In this document: positions 51,857-64,000 of the stretch, piece after piece
Position numbering within the stretch: position 1 is the first letter of the stretch
Layout of the letters: every line of letters begins with the position of its first letter
NCBI GenBank assembly: GCA_951406725.2
Contig: OX597820.1
Span: 115,382,001-115,446,000 of the forward strand
Direction: 5' to 3'
DNA: 64,000 nucleotides
Origin: Octopus vulgaris
Lineage: Eukaryota
The notes under the pieces: generated by a model
What the model saw: only the letters and a program-made list of their open reading frames with translations
Databases searched by the model: none
What the model was told of the DNA's origin: nothing
Position numbers and translations under genes: made by a program

Positions 51857-54460
51857 GCAAACATAAAATGTTGTAAAGAAAAAAAAAAGGAAGGAAAAGA
51901 AAAATGTGATATAATATATTTTAGTAGATAAGTGTTATTCACTCGGACTACTATAATGGACTGATATTATTTCACAGACCTCTATTCTGAGTTCAAATTC
52001 TACCAGGGTCAACTTTGCCTTTCATCCTTTCAGGGTCGATAAATTAAGTACTAGTTGAGTACTGGGGTCGATGTGATCGACTTTCTCCCTCCCCACAAAA
52101 TCTAGGCCGTCTGCCTATAGTTGAAAGGATTATTTCACAGACCTTTGACAGCCCACAAGTGTTACGTGTAGCATTGGAGGGCAGGCACTCTGGGCGAGGA
52201 GGCCAGTGAGGACCGTAAAAGGGACAAATTGCCGTGGTTGATAAAATTAAGGTGTTTTCTAACTTCCTTCTTCGCTATGGTCTTGGATCATAGCGAAGAA
52301 GGAAGAATCATGTAGATGCCAACGGCAATGTGGGAGGAATGGGACCAAAATATTTCTCTATCATTGGAAGAGGAGCGAACTGGTTTTGGCCTGTTTGAGA
52401 AAATGTGTTATAGAGCAAGACTTCATTTCAGTTTCTAAGCAAACGAAGCAAATACTCTCTACATAGACGTATATCTGTCTATCGTGAGGGACTTTTCCAG
52501 AAGATGGAATTGAACCCGGTATGGCATACCTTTAGAACACTCATAGCAGCGAGTTGATCCTAGCAAGTAGCTCATATCGGTTAGTAAGGTGAACTCAACC
52601 ATTTGAGAATAAAGCCTCTTGGCCTTAGACTAGTATGGAGGTTCGTGGCTTAATGGTTGGGGTGTTGGATTGTAAGATTGTGGTTTCAATACCTTGCACC
52701 GGGCGACGCATTGTGTTCTTGAGCAAAACACTTCATTTTCACGTTGCTCCTGTCCACTCAGCTGGCAAAAATGAGTAATTCGATGACCGACCGGGGCCCC
52801 GTCCAGGTGGGGAATTTATACGCCACGGCAACTGGGAAATCAGCCTTTAGGAGTCAGCATGACTTAGCTTTACCTTAGACCAGTGACTACAAAAAACTGA
52901 GCCACGGCACATTGGTGTGCTGCCAGATATTGGTAAGTATAGGATAAAGCTAATCATATGATATTTTCTAAGTATAAAAAAATACGAGCAGAAATTCTAA
53001 GTATAATCCTTTCTATTATAGGAACAAGGCCCGAAATTTGCGAGGAGGGAGCAAGTCGATCACATCGACCTCAGTGTGTAACTGGTACTTATTTAATCGA
53101 GCCCAAAACGATGAAAAGCAACGTCAACCTCAGCGTAATTCGAACTCAGAATATACCTATTTCTTTACTACCCACAAGGGGCTAAACACAGAGAGGACAA
53201 ACGGATTAAGTCGATTATATCGACCCCAGTGCGTAATTGGTACTTAATTTATCGACCCCGAAAGGATGGAAAGCAATGTCAACCTCGGCGTAATTCGAAC
53301 TCAGAACATACCAGCAGACGAAATACCTGTAGTGGCTTCATGCAGGCATAGCAATGATTCGATCCTCAATTACCAAATTTCACTTAACAGTATACCGTAC
53401 TTTTCCCATTGAGAAACATTAAGTTGACAGCAGTTACATTTGCCAGATGCCTTCGCTAAGCAGAATTATGTCTTTGCCAGTTGACCCCTGCTAGCTTTTG
53501 TATGCGGTGGAGAGTTAAATTGACAGAACAATAGACCTCCCAAAATACCCATTGTTTGGATAACGGTATGTCTCTCTTTCTCACAATCTGGAGATAATTA
53601 TGTATACGGAAGATTCCCAAGCAAACCAGAAAAAAAAACTATATATTATCATCAATTTTGAATTTAATTCTAATTCATTGTAATTCGTTTAATTCACTTT
53701 TCGATTTCATTGTATTCAATTTTTAACCCGACTAACTAATGTATAACCCAAGTCCCTAAATGTTTTTGTTTTGTCCATGTGCTGTCCCCTTTATATTAGC
53801 CTTGTATTGGCAAATAAAGAAATTAGTGAGGACAGAGTCTGGCTGACCGGCTGAACAAAACGCCGTCTCTAAAGGAAAATGCACAAAGGGACAACTATGG
53901 TAACTCAACTACGAAGCAGTTGTTTCATCCCAACACTCTCACTTACTCACTTTCTTTTCTCTGTAACATTAACATATCTCTCTCTATATACTACAACGAG
54001 ATCGTGTACACACATACCTATTTCTTTATTACCCACAAGGGGCTAAACATAGAGGGGACAAACAAGGACAGACATAGGTATTAAGTCGATTACATCGACC
54101 CCAGTGCGTAATTGGTACTTAATTTATCGACCCCGAAAGGATGAAAGGCAAAGTCAACCTCGGCGGAATTTGAACTCACAACGTAACGACAGATGAAATA
54201 CCGCTAAGCATTTCATCCGGCGTGCTAACGTTTCTGCCAGTTCGCCGTCTTTCGTGTACGCACATACCGGTCGAAATTGACTCTTTTCACTTCGCATGCT
54301 TTTCCATTTACTAGTTATGCATACCAACCAGTCGTGGTTTGGGGTAACGGTAAACAAATATCTCTTTACAACATCAATCACTGTTCTTCCTTCAGCTTAC
54401 AAATAGCAAACAACAAATACCATTACCGTTACAAACCGTTAAGCATTTCATCTGGCGTGC

Positions 54461-54991
54461 GGCAAGACCTCCTCTTGCCCCCCCCCCCCCTTTTTCTACA
54501 CAAAACCCTGTTTTTGGCTAACAGATAGTACGAATCTGCAGAAAAATTGGCAAAAAATGGCATTTCGAAATTACACCCCCAATTCTTCCTTTTTAACTTT
54601 TTTCAGAAACTTTATTTTTTTTTAAATATGCCGAAAAATACGGAGATTATGATTCTAAAAAAATTTCCAGAAATTTTTCTACTTAGGGTTAGGGTTACGG
54701 TTAGGGTTACTGTTAGGGTTAGGGTTTTACGGTTAGGGCTTTAGGGTTAGGGTTAGGGTTTCAGGGTTGGGTTAGGGTGTTAGGGTTTTAGGGTTCGGGT
54801 TTTACGGTTACGGTTAGGCTTACGGAAAAAAGTGAAAAATGAAGAAACTGGGCAGAGTGAGGGGAAGGGCTAGAAATTTCATAATTCCAAGTATTGGCAA
54901 TTTTCCAGAATCTTCATATCCGAAAACATGGGTTTTTGGAAAAAAAAAAATTTGTGACAAAATGTGGGGCGGGGTGGGAAGACGTCTTTCC
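54461..54991. mobile_element. Merlin-like MITE carrying degenerate (TTAGGG)n
   Basis: Termini GGCAAGAC / GTCTTTCC; 8-bp TSD TGGCGTGC splitting a SINE family-2 head. Confidence 0.75.
54683..54825 (+). repeat. Interstitial telomere-like TTAGGG/TTACGG array
   Basis: About 140 bp of imperfect hexamers. Confidence 0.9.
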
Positions 54992-55406
54992 TGGCGTGCT
55001 AATGATTCTGCCAGCTCGTCACCTTGAAATTCTAAATATAATACTGAACTTTGATATTTATAATGATAATGGAAACTAGGCTTCGTTTAGTTGTTAAAGA
55101 ATTAAGTACTAAAGAATTTTATGTAGTCTAAATATAATCTGAAAAGATTAATACCATTTTTTAAATATTTTATTACTTTATACACAAAAATGCACCAAAA
55201 TATTATTATTTGCTTTGAAATTTATCGCAAGTAAAAACTGGAACCATTAGCAGTGGTTCTCAGTGGTGCTCAGCTGGGTTCCATAAGGTCCTTCGTGGGT
55301 TAACATACGATTTTGTTGCTAAAATTTATGTGCAATAAGTTTATTACAAATTGGTTCTACAATACACAAAATATTAAAACTTTTTTATACAATTTCTTAT
55401 AATATA

Positions 55407-55789
55407 GGGCAGGAGTGACTGTGTGGTAAGGAGCTTGCTTACCAACCACATAGTTCAAGGTTCAGTCCCACTACCTGGCACCTTGGGCAAGTGTTTTCTA
55501 ATATAGCCTCAGGCCGACCAAAGCCTTGTGAGTGGATTTGGTAGACGGAAACTGAAAGAAGCCCATCATATATATAGATCGCCATGTTGATTCGTTAGCT
55601 ACTGCACGCATTTTTTTTCTCTCCTTCTTTCTGTGTTTTTCTCTCTCTGTGTATCTTTCTGTTGAAGAGCGTAGGCTCGAAACGTTAAAGACTTGTTTTA
55701 TTTATATTTCCTGAGCGCCATACTAATACAATTGTTCGTTTGTTTTCCACCTGCCTTCGTCTTTTGTTTATTTTCATAAAGCTTCCCGT

Positions 55790-55824
<35 letters not shown>

Positions 55825-56030
55825 GTGTGTGTGTGTGTTTGTCCCCCCCCCCCAAATCGCTTGACAACCGATGCTGGTGTGTTTACGTCCCCGTGGGTTA
55901 GCGGTTCGGCAAGAGAGGCCAATAGAATAAGTACTAGGCTTACAAAGAATAAGTCCTGAGGTTTATTTGTTTGACTAAAGGCAGTGCTCCAGCATGCCCA
56001 CAGTCAAATGACTAAAAAGAATAAAAGAAT
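55407..56030 (+). mobile_element. SINE family 1 with nested family A element
   Basis: SINE head and tail separated at the internal TA tract by 55577-55790. Confidence 0.85.
55654..55691 (+). ncRNA. Minimal hammerhead-like motif, family A
   Basis: TCTTT-CTGTTGA-A-GAGC gtag GCTC-GAA-ACGT-T-AAAGA; 5-bp stem I. Confidence 0.68.
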
Positions 56031-56399
56031 ATTGGATAATAAAAACACAATAGGATTTGTTTTCCCTCTATAAACACTCACAACGCCCAGTCTGAGAATC
56101 AAAACCGTGATCCTATGACTGCGAGTCCGCTGCCCTAACCACTGGGCCATTGCACCTCCACACGGATTCATTTATATGTGAGTGGTGTGTGTGTGTGTGT
56201 GCGCACACGGACGCACACTTGTACCATACAAGTTCACTGGTAAAAAATGTTTGTAATGAAAACATCTGTTCTAAGGGTTTCGCTTTTGTTCGTTTACAAA
56301 TTGTGGCAGTTGACTTTCGAGTGTGCGTGCTTGTGTGTTGTCTATGCTGGTGCTTTTGTGTAAGAGTATTCTGTGGCAGCGTTTGATAATAATAATAAT

Positions 56400-56442
<43 letters not shown>

Positions 56443-56690
56443 GAAATGTAAGACATCAGGATCAACGAGAGAGTTGTCAAAGTGGTGATGAGATCATTCA
56501 TGAAATCATTAATTAATTCTCAACAGATTGCATTAATCAAGCGAGGATATTTGTTATAACTAATTCGTTGCATTTGTTGGCATTTTTAACCCTCCGCCTC
56601 TGCTGGGTATTACATGTTATAGTGAAGGTGCATGGCTTAGTGGTTGGGGTATTTGGTTCATGACCATAAGGGTTACTGTTAGGGTTAGGT

Positions 56691-56882
56691 TACTCTGTCA
56701 TGCCAATCATCTGCAGCATAACCAGTCAAAGCCCTAAATAAAATCATGTGAGATAACCTTTTACCCAGCCTTGCTGAACCTATTTTTCCTTGTAAAAACC
56801 CAGCTACTCCTCATCTCGAAGTCTTTGGTTCCAGACCTTCTAAGGTCTAGCCACTAACCACACAAGACACAACCAGTTCCAG
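56691..56882 (+). repeat. About 190-bp near-identical copy of 57432-57620 inside a family-3 SINE
   Basis: Direct comparison; only a few substitutions and small indels. Confidence 0.92.
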
Positions 56883-57342
56883 TGACCAAAACATTTTATT
56901 TCCTATTGCTCCACTCCACTCGGCTGGTGAAAATGAGTAGAATCTGTCTTCCAGAGGGCCAGCTTTGTCACATTTTGTATCACATTGAATCTCCCTGAGA
57001 ACTACATTAACTGCATGCATATCTGTGGAGTGCTCAGCCACTTGCACGTTAATTTCACGAGCAGGCTGTTTCGTTGATCAGATCAAATGGAACCCTCGTA
57101 GTAATCGATGGAGTGCCAGTATTCCCCTGGTGTCCATGCATTGTATATGATACACATTATTAATTTTTTTCAGCCATCAGACTAACTTGGGACTTATGAA
57201 AAAGAAAGCTTTATATCACATAGCGCATATGAAACAAGGATTAACTAAAAGTCTGAAACCAAGCATGGACATTTAGGACAAACTTGTAGCGTACACTTGG
57301 GTGAAATTCCTCTCTCATTTGTTATATATACATACATTCAAA

Positions 57343-58274
57343 TGTAGCAGATAACAGCTAACCTTTGGCTGCTATTTGGATCCTGTTGTGTCCACTACTC
57401 TGATTGGTTGGTATTGATGCAATTTGTCTCGTACTCTGTCATGCCAATCTGCAGCATAACCAGTCAAAGCCCTAAATAAAATCATGTGAGATAACCTTTT
57501 TCTCAGCCTTGCTGAACCTATTTTTCCTTATAAAAACCCAGCTACTCCTCATCTCGAAGTCTTTGGTTCCAGACCTTCTAAGGTCTAGCCACTAACCACA
57601 CAAGACACAACCAGTTCCAGCAACAATGCCAGAAGCCCAGGTTTCAATACAGCACTGTTCGTGAATTACTTCACCAGAGATCAACAGCAAATATACAACC
57701 TCTGAGCCAGATGACAACACCCTCCCAACAGTATTATGGCAATCTCTTTCTTTGTCGCCACCATCTTCTTCTTAACAACATCTCTATGTACACAGCTCAA
57801 CCAGCAACTAGCACAGGTTCCAACACAACACTGTTTATGAATTACTTCACCATGGTCAACAGCAAATATACAACCTGTGAGAACTCCTGTACAAGTGACC
57901 CAGGCAGCAGCATTACAGCCACAACTTTGTACAACACATACCGCAACCAGCTCTGCATCATTGCCACAACTTCTTGGTACAGTATTTCTATCACCGTGTA
58001 CAAATGACCACGAACTGGTATTTCTCATTCTTGTGTCTATGAACATTTGTCTGGCATCTCATTTTAGACTCTTTCAATTTCTTCCTCTTCATTGGTCTTA
58101 TATGTACTTAACGCACACACAGACACACACACACTTTGTTCCCATGACGACCTGTCTATTATTCTGTATACATGACACACACACAGACACCCATATTAAC
58201 CTATCAATAAAATCCCTCTCAAACATTCTACTCGGTTGTGTGTGTCTCTCTTGTTTTCCAACTGGCACATTACA
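57343..58274 (+). mobile_element. Possible solo LTR
   Basis: TGTA...TACA ends, TATAAAA near 57529, AATAAA near 58206, internal duplicated block; no TSD seen. Confidence 0.45.
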
Positions 58275-58544
58275 TGCATTATTCCAGCCTTCAGACCTGA
58301 GTCGTTTTCAGATGGTCACACCACACATCACCTATAAACTTATGAAAATGCTTTGGACAGGCAAAGGGCGAAATAAAGAAATAAAAAATATTTTTAAGCA
58401 AAGCGTGAGCCCCTTTTTTCCTCTCATAAGAACATGATTGCAGCATCTTACTGGAAATAATATTGCTTCCATTGATAAATTATGTTGTATTCTTTGGACT
58501 CAACACAGGCCGAGTTTTGCAACGGCTCTGAGTATATCTTTTTG

Positions 58545-58940
58545 TTTGTTTCAGACATTGGACAGTGGCCAAGCTGGGGCACCACCCTGAAGTGTTTATT
58601 CAGACAAATTGACCCCAGTACTTATTTTTAAAAATTTGGTATTTATTTCATCAGTCTTTCTTTTGCCGAACTGCTAAGTTACGGTGGATATAAACAAACC
58701 AACACCGGTTATCAAGTGGTGATGAGACAACACAAACACAAAGACACACACATTTAAACACACACATAGGTACACATATATTTGCAATTGCCTTCCACAC
58801 CGTTTCAGTCTAGCAAATCCACCCACAAGGCATTGGTCGGCCTGCAGCTGTAGTAGGAGATTCTTGCCCAGGGCCTGCGCTGTGGGGCTGAACCCCAAAC
58901 CACATGGTTGTGAAGCAAGCTTCTTAACCACACAGCTATG
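58545..58940 (-). mobile_element. SINE family 1, diverged
   Basis: Reverse-complement head, body and tail. Confidence 0.78.
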
Positions 58941-60406
58941 TTGAGTATCGATAAGTTTGGTTGCTGCAAGGTATTGAGTAAGAAGCTGATAGTTCAAGCA
59001 ACATAGAGAGTCATGATATATCGACTGTGTCGGTGACAGAATAATATTGGTACGTATTTTATTGATCGAGAGAGACGGAAGACGAAGTTAGTTCTGACAC
59101 TATTGAATACCATAAGATCGCAAATGTGAGCAAGTTAATCCAAAACTCTGCTGGTTCTATAAAGTAGACATTATCAGACACTGGAAACATGAAAGAAAAA
59201 TTTTATATTATTGAGATTTATATTCGACACTCAAACCTTTCGCAACTTTGAGGCTACCATTATGACTTACCAGAATTATGAACCATCTTGATCAATTTCT
59301 CATTATTGCTTATTAAATTAGGATTCTGATCAATTATCAACTTCATGTGTGCAAAGGAACAGATATATTCAATTGCTTAGATCTCAGCTTCAAAGGCGGA
59401 TTACTAAAAATAATGGAAGCATTTGTGTATGTTTGAGTGCCACTGCTTAGTTCTAGTTTCATTATGTAAATCGGATGGGAGTTGTAAAAATCTTATCTTT
59501 GATAGAAACTTACATAGAATGAAATACTCTCCTCCAGAAGACTACGAGTTATCCACAACAGTTATCTGATACTATATCCAATTCAATGTTTCCGCCCTTA
59601 CTAATATATTTTATGCTTTTCGTAGATATACTAGTATACCCGTGAAGTAAATAATGAGTAAAAATACTAGTATACCCATGAAGTAAAAAATGACAATGCA
59701 TAGCATAGATACTTTAAGCCCATAGTCGGTCTCTTGTAAACACTATACTTACTGTTTAGACTAATCTGTTTTCCAGACATGTGTGCCCCTTTCCCATTTC
59801 TTGGATGTTAGGTTAACATTATTTTGTTGAATGATAACTTTAGATGGATCCAATTTCAGAGACACGTCCCACATTAGTGCGGTAGTTAGCCTTTGTTAAA
59901 ACTACAATGTAGAGTTGAATAAATTTTCTTTTGTCTTCTTAAAGGCACATTAGAAATGCGATAGGTTTCTCAATACACCTCTAAAACAAAAAGGATCTCA
60001 ACTTTGTAGTTCAGCTTTTTGAGCACCCTGGGAAGCAAACAAAAGTGCCAAGTTGAAACATTTAATGCTGTTCTAAAAATTGGAATAACAAGGATAACCT
60101 GGTTAGCTCAGTTTGCTTTGAGTTTTCTGGAAAATGTCACTGTTGAGTTTACAGAAAATTTCGAAGGTGTCTCTACCTCATGAAAGTGTTTTTATAGCAG
60201 ACAATAGGTACATAAAAACACATGAATATGCAGAATATGTACATACAAATGTACACACATAAATAGATACATATGCACACACATACATGCATACACACAC
60301 ATGCATACATACATGCATGCATAGGCACACACACACACATTGACCCACACACATGCACACAAACAAACAAAAAGGAACGCAGTGTAAATAACAGACAGAG
60401 TCAAAA

Positions 60407-60625
60407 CTATTGAAAAGGTTGCAAGACGCAACGAAAATTTTAGAAAAATAAAAAAGAAATAAGTGGAAATTTTACCGGTGAGTGTATTAAATTATAAGGC
60501 ACCAAAAGAGAATGACTCTCCCCAGACACAACAGAATATGCTTCAACACACAAATTCACATAAGGAATCTTGCAAACCAAATCCAAAAACGAAATAGGTA
60601 CAACATTAACAAAAAATGATTTCAC
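60407..60625 (+). mobile_element. Family C short element with U3-A8 hammerhead-like motif
   Basis: cta-TTGAAAA-G-GTTGC aagac GCAAC-GAA-AATT-T-tag at 60407-60443. Confidence 0.62.
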
Positions 60626-61931
60626 AGATCTTCACCAATCTATATCGGTCAGGTGTTGATATGTTTTCTGGCTGTTGTCTTCTATATAACAGGTGGACTT
60701 CAGAAAAAGAGTAAAGATTAAATGCAAAGTATACATAACTCTAATCAACGCCAGACGTTAAAAATGTAGTTTTATGAAATTCCAACTAGAGTTATGCGAA
60801 CACGGATGGCTGTTCATTCAAAAGGAGGTAACTATCTCCTCACAGCATCAGAAGAAATTAGAAATTTAAATTTGAAATCAAGAAATACGAAAAAGATACA
60901 AAAAATTCACATACCTCGCATATCAGGAAATGTTGCAATTAAACATTGCCTTTTTAGCCATAGTTATTAAATAAACCATCATTGAGTTTCTGTTTGGAAG
61001 TGCTTTGCTCAATACAGCCATTCTTGCATTGTATCTTGTCATTGTATTTGCTTCATGTCTGAAGAAATAAGATAGATATGAGGTTTTTGGTACAGCTGTT
61101 TTAGCGCCGCCTACGTGGCATCACTAATTCAACACTGACTTATTTGACATCAGATGTTTTAATTTTCACCCTCATTTTAATGTTCCCCCACCACCCTCTC
61201 ACAGTCTCAACCTACCCATCTACATACAGACCTCCTTCCCTCCCTACCCACATACATACATATCTATCTATCTATCTATCTGTCTGTCTGTCTCTGTTTA
61301 TGTGTGTGAGCATATTTCCTTTTATCTGTATGAGGAGAGGGATAAGTGTTTATCTCAGTTGTGTCCAATTAATAAGCTGTAATGTCTCTACCCTTCTCTC
61401 TCTCACACACAATCTCTGTCTGTAAGTGTATATTTCTGCGCACATGCACATATGAGTAAGTGTGTGTATTTACTTCCAACGCCAAAAATTAGTTGTCAAA
61501 AAAGCTTCTATATCCAGTCAACTGTGTCACATTGCTAGCGCCAAAACAGCTGTGCCCAATCGTCCCATATCCTATTATGATATCTCCTGACATCTATTAT
61601 CTTCTCTTTCATTTTCTATTCTCCCAACAACTCATTTTCTTTCCTTTGTTCATCACAAATCTCTTTCTTCTCTGGCTTCTTTTTCTAATATTATATACAG
61701 CAGCTCTTTATCATATTTCTTTGCTTTTGACTTTCATTGCCATTGTCTCCTTGTCGTTCTTTACCTAATTTCTTCTAATCTTCTTTACCTTTTGTTCTCC
61801 AGTTTTATTTTGCACTCTCGTTGCCGTTCTGTATTACGCTACTTTGATTCTGTCTCCATTTTTTTTCCCATTAATAACTGTTTCTGATCTTCTCACCTCC
61901 CCCCTCTCTCTGTACTACATCTCTCCTTGTC

Positions 61932-61969
<38 letters not shown>

Positions 61970-62341
61970 TCTCTCTCACTCTCTCTCACTGCCATCTCAT
62001 CCAACCTACCTCGAGTGTCTCTTGAGATCGTTTGAGTCAATGACTTTGAATATCTTCAGCACGTCCTGCTGCTCTTGTATCTGCAGACAGACTTGCTTTG
62101 CAACATCTGTAATCTTCTCTTGTTGCTCTACGACGGTTATTTTCTTCTCCAGGATCCCTCTCCTTCCATCATTACTCAATGACTCTTATTTTAAGTCATG
62201 CTTTATTTTTCTCATTTGCTCTCTCATCTCTCTCCATCTCTAATAACTTTTTGTTTCATTCGTTATTTTTACTTCCCTCTCTTCTTCTTTTCACAAACAC
62301 AGACACACACACTCATACATCTCTCTTTATCTCTCTTTCTG

Positions 62342-62423
<82 letters not shown>

Positions 62424-62656
62424 AAATTATAATTAAGGGTAACTAAAAGATACCACCATGCTAGAGATAGCAGTCAAAACTTGACTCTAAAACCACATCA
62501 AGTATTCATACAGCACCAGGTGAAAAGACAAATAGACAAATAAACCAGCAAAAGATTATTGGATAATCCCAGATCTACAGTTCTATATTTAAGAGATAAG
62601 GAATTATGTACATTATTTACATTATTTACAATTGAAGGATATTCGTCCTCATCTTG

Positions 62657-62935
62657 TTTGTGGTTAACGCGAGATGTTTGGAGTTCTGATGAAAGTTTTC
62701 AAACCTTTGTTCTCGGATTTTGTTCAACCAAATCATTTAATCCATCATGCCAAATAACTGATTTTGGTCTACCCCTTGGTTTATTTTCAAGGTTATCATC
62801 TCCTGAACAAGAGCTTTGGAACCATCTCTGAACAGTTCTGATGTCAACAAAACCATTACCGCTTGATATACTGTAGAGCTTCTGCAGCAGAGTGACCCAG
62901 TTTTTACTCCTACGAGAAAATCACTCAACATAGTT
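62657..62935 (-). pseudogene. Mariner transposase N-terminal HTH remnant
   Basis: GNGFVDIRTVQRWFQSSCSGDDNLENKPRGRPKSVIWHDGLNDLVEQNPRTKV*KLSSEL; possible TIR at about 63440-63470. Confidence 0.82.
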
Positions 62936-63025
62936 TGGTTGTTATCATTTTCATAAGGTCTGTGGATATGAATTTTGCATACCAATATTGTTGGGAAAGA
63001 AAATGAGTAAAGATTAAATGCAAAG

Positions 63026-63400
63026 TAGTGGCTGTGTGGTAAGTAGCTTGCTAACCAACCACATGGTTCTTGGGCAAGTGTCTTCTGCTATAGCCCCAGG
63101 CCGACCAATGCCTTGTGAGTGGATTTGGTAGACGGAAACTGAAAGAAGCCTGTCGTATATATGTATATATATATATGTATGTGTGGTTGTTTGTATGTCT
63201 GTGTTTGTCCTCCTAGCATTGCTTGACAACCGATACTGGTGTGTTTATGTCCCCGTTACTTAGCAGTTCGGCAAAAGAGACCGATAGAATAAGTACTGGG
63301 CTTACAAAAAGAATAAGTCCCGGGGTCGATTTTCTCGATTAAAAGCGGTGCTCCAGCATGGCCGCAGTCAAATGACTGAAACAAGTAAAAGAGTAAAACA
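63026..63400 (+). mobile_element. SINE family 1 with internal deletion in the head
   Basis: Direct reading. Confidence 0.88.
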
Positions 63401-63681
63401 GTAATTGAGTTTTTAAATGACTGAAATAACAAGTAATTATAAATGCGACATTTTATGTGAAACAACCTATTATATGTTTTACATACATTTATATTTTTCT
63501 TTAATTTTTGCCTTTTGTCTTCTTACTTTACTTTTTATTTTTATGTTATTTTATTTTTATCTTTACTTACATCAATAATTCACTAGCTAAATACATACAC
63601 ATAATATATATTATCTAACTTCTTAAACTTGTTAGTAACTCGCATGCATCCTTTCAAGAAATATGTTAACCTTTGTTGTAT

Positions 63682-63945
63682 AAAGCCCTGATCAGATTCT
63701 GTCCCACATAGTTGAAAACCCTGACCAATTCTTAGCACACGATGCTACCCAAATGCTTAGAATTATAAATCACATTGGCGCATGAATCGAAACAAATATG
63801 TAGATCTTTGGCATCTGCCATTTCTTCTTTTGAGCTTTATAATGTATGATTTATTTGTCTTGTTTTTATAAATAACTTTCAACCTCATAATATCTTACAA
63901 ATCAATTAATTATACATCCCTAATTCTCCATTTTCTATCTTTCAT
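63682..63945 (+). mobile_element. Short element with hammerhead-like motif containing a large stem II insertion
   Basis: CTGATCA-GATTC [84 nt] GAATC-GAA-ACAAATATGT-A at 63688-63802; homologous to 20762-20962. Confidence 0.6.
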
Positions 63946-64000
63946 TACATATACATATATACACACATATACACACACACACATATATATACACACACAT

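Noticed and set aside
54683-54825. True telomere or chromosome fusion site
   Set aside because: Short, degenerate, single orientation and enclosed by TIRs and a TSD.
59500-59800. SDNC and GHT peptides as a transposase remnant
   Set aside because: Motifs are short and in the wrong order on the minus strand.
62008-62190. Functional host exon ending at a GTAGG donor
   Set aside because: No polypyrimidine acceptor, in-frame stop just upstream, no recognisable family.

Overview
AT-rich, repeat-dominated eukaryotic DNA. Extreme microsatellite load and abundant tRNA-derived SINEs suggest an octopus/cephalopod genome (inference). The only well-supported host coding sequence is the first coding exon of the palmitoyltransferase ZDHHC6 (minus strand, 4921-5265); its later exons lie outside the window. 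The rest is SINEs (3-4 families), MITEs and DNA transposon remnants (mariner, pogo/Tigger, hAT, Merlin-like), non-autonomous Helitrons, LINE fragments (CR1/Jockey-like, RTE, HERO-like), a possible solo LTR and simple repeats. Almost all long ORFs in the track are microsatellite or SINE artefacts. The most striking signal is about a dozen minimal type-I hammerhead-ribozyme-like motifs from several unrelated short elements, mostly lodged in (TA)n tracts and two with foldback 5' ends typical of Penelope-like pseudo-LTRs. Across families the catalytic 3-8 pair appears as C-G, G-C and U-A, often with an extra nucleotide after A9. All folds were read by eye; none was computed or tested. Repeat boundaries are approximate unless TSDs or TIRs are quoted.
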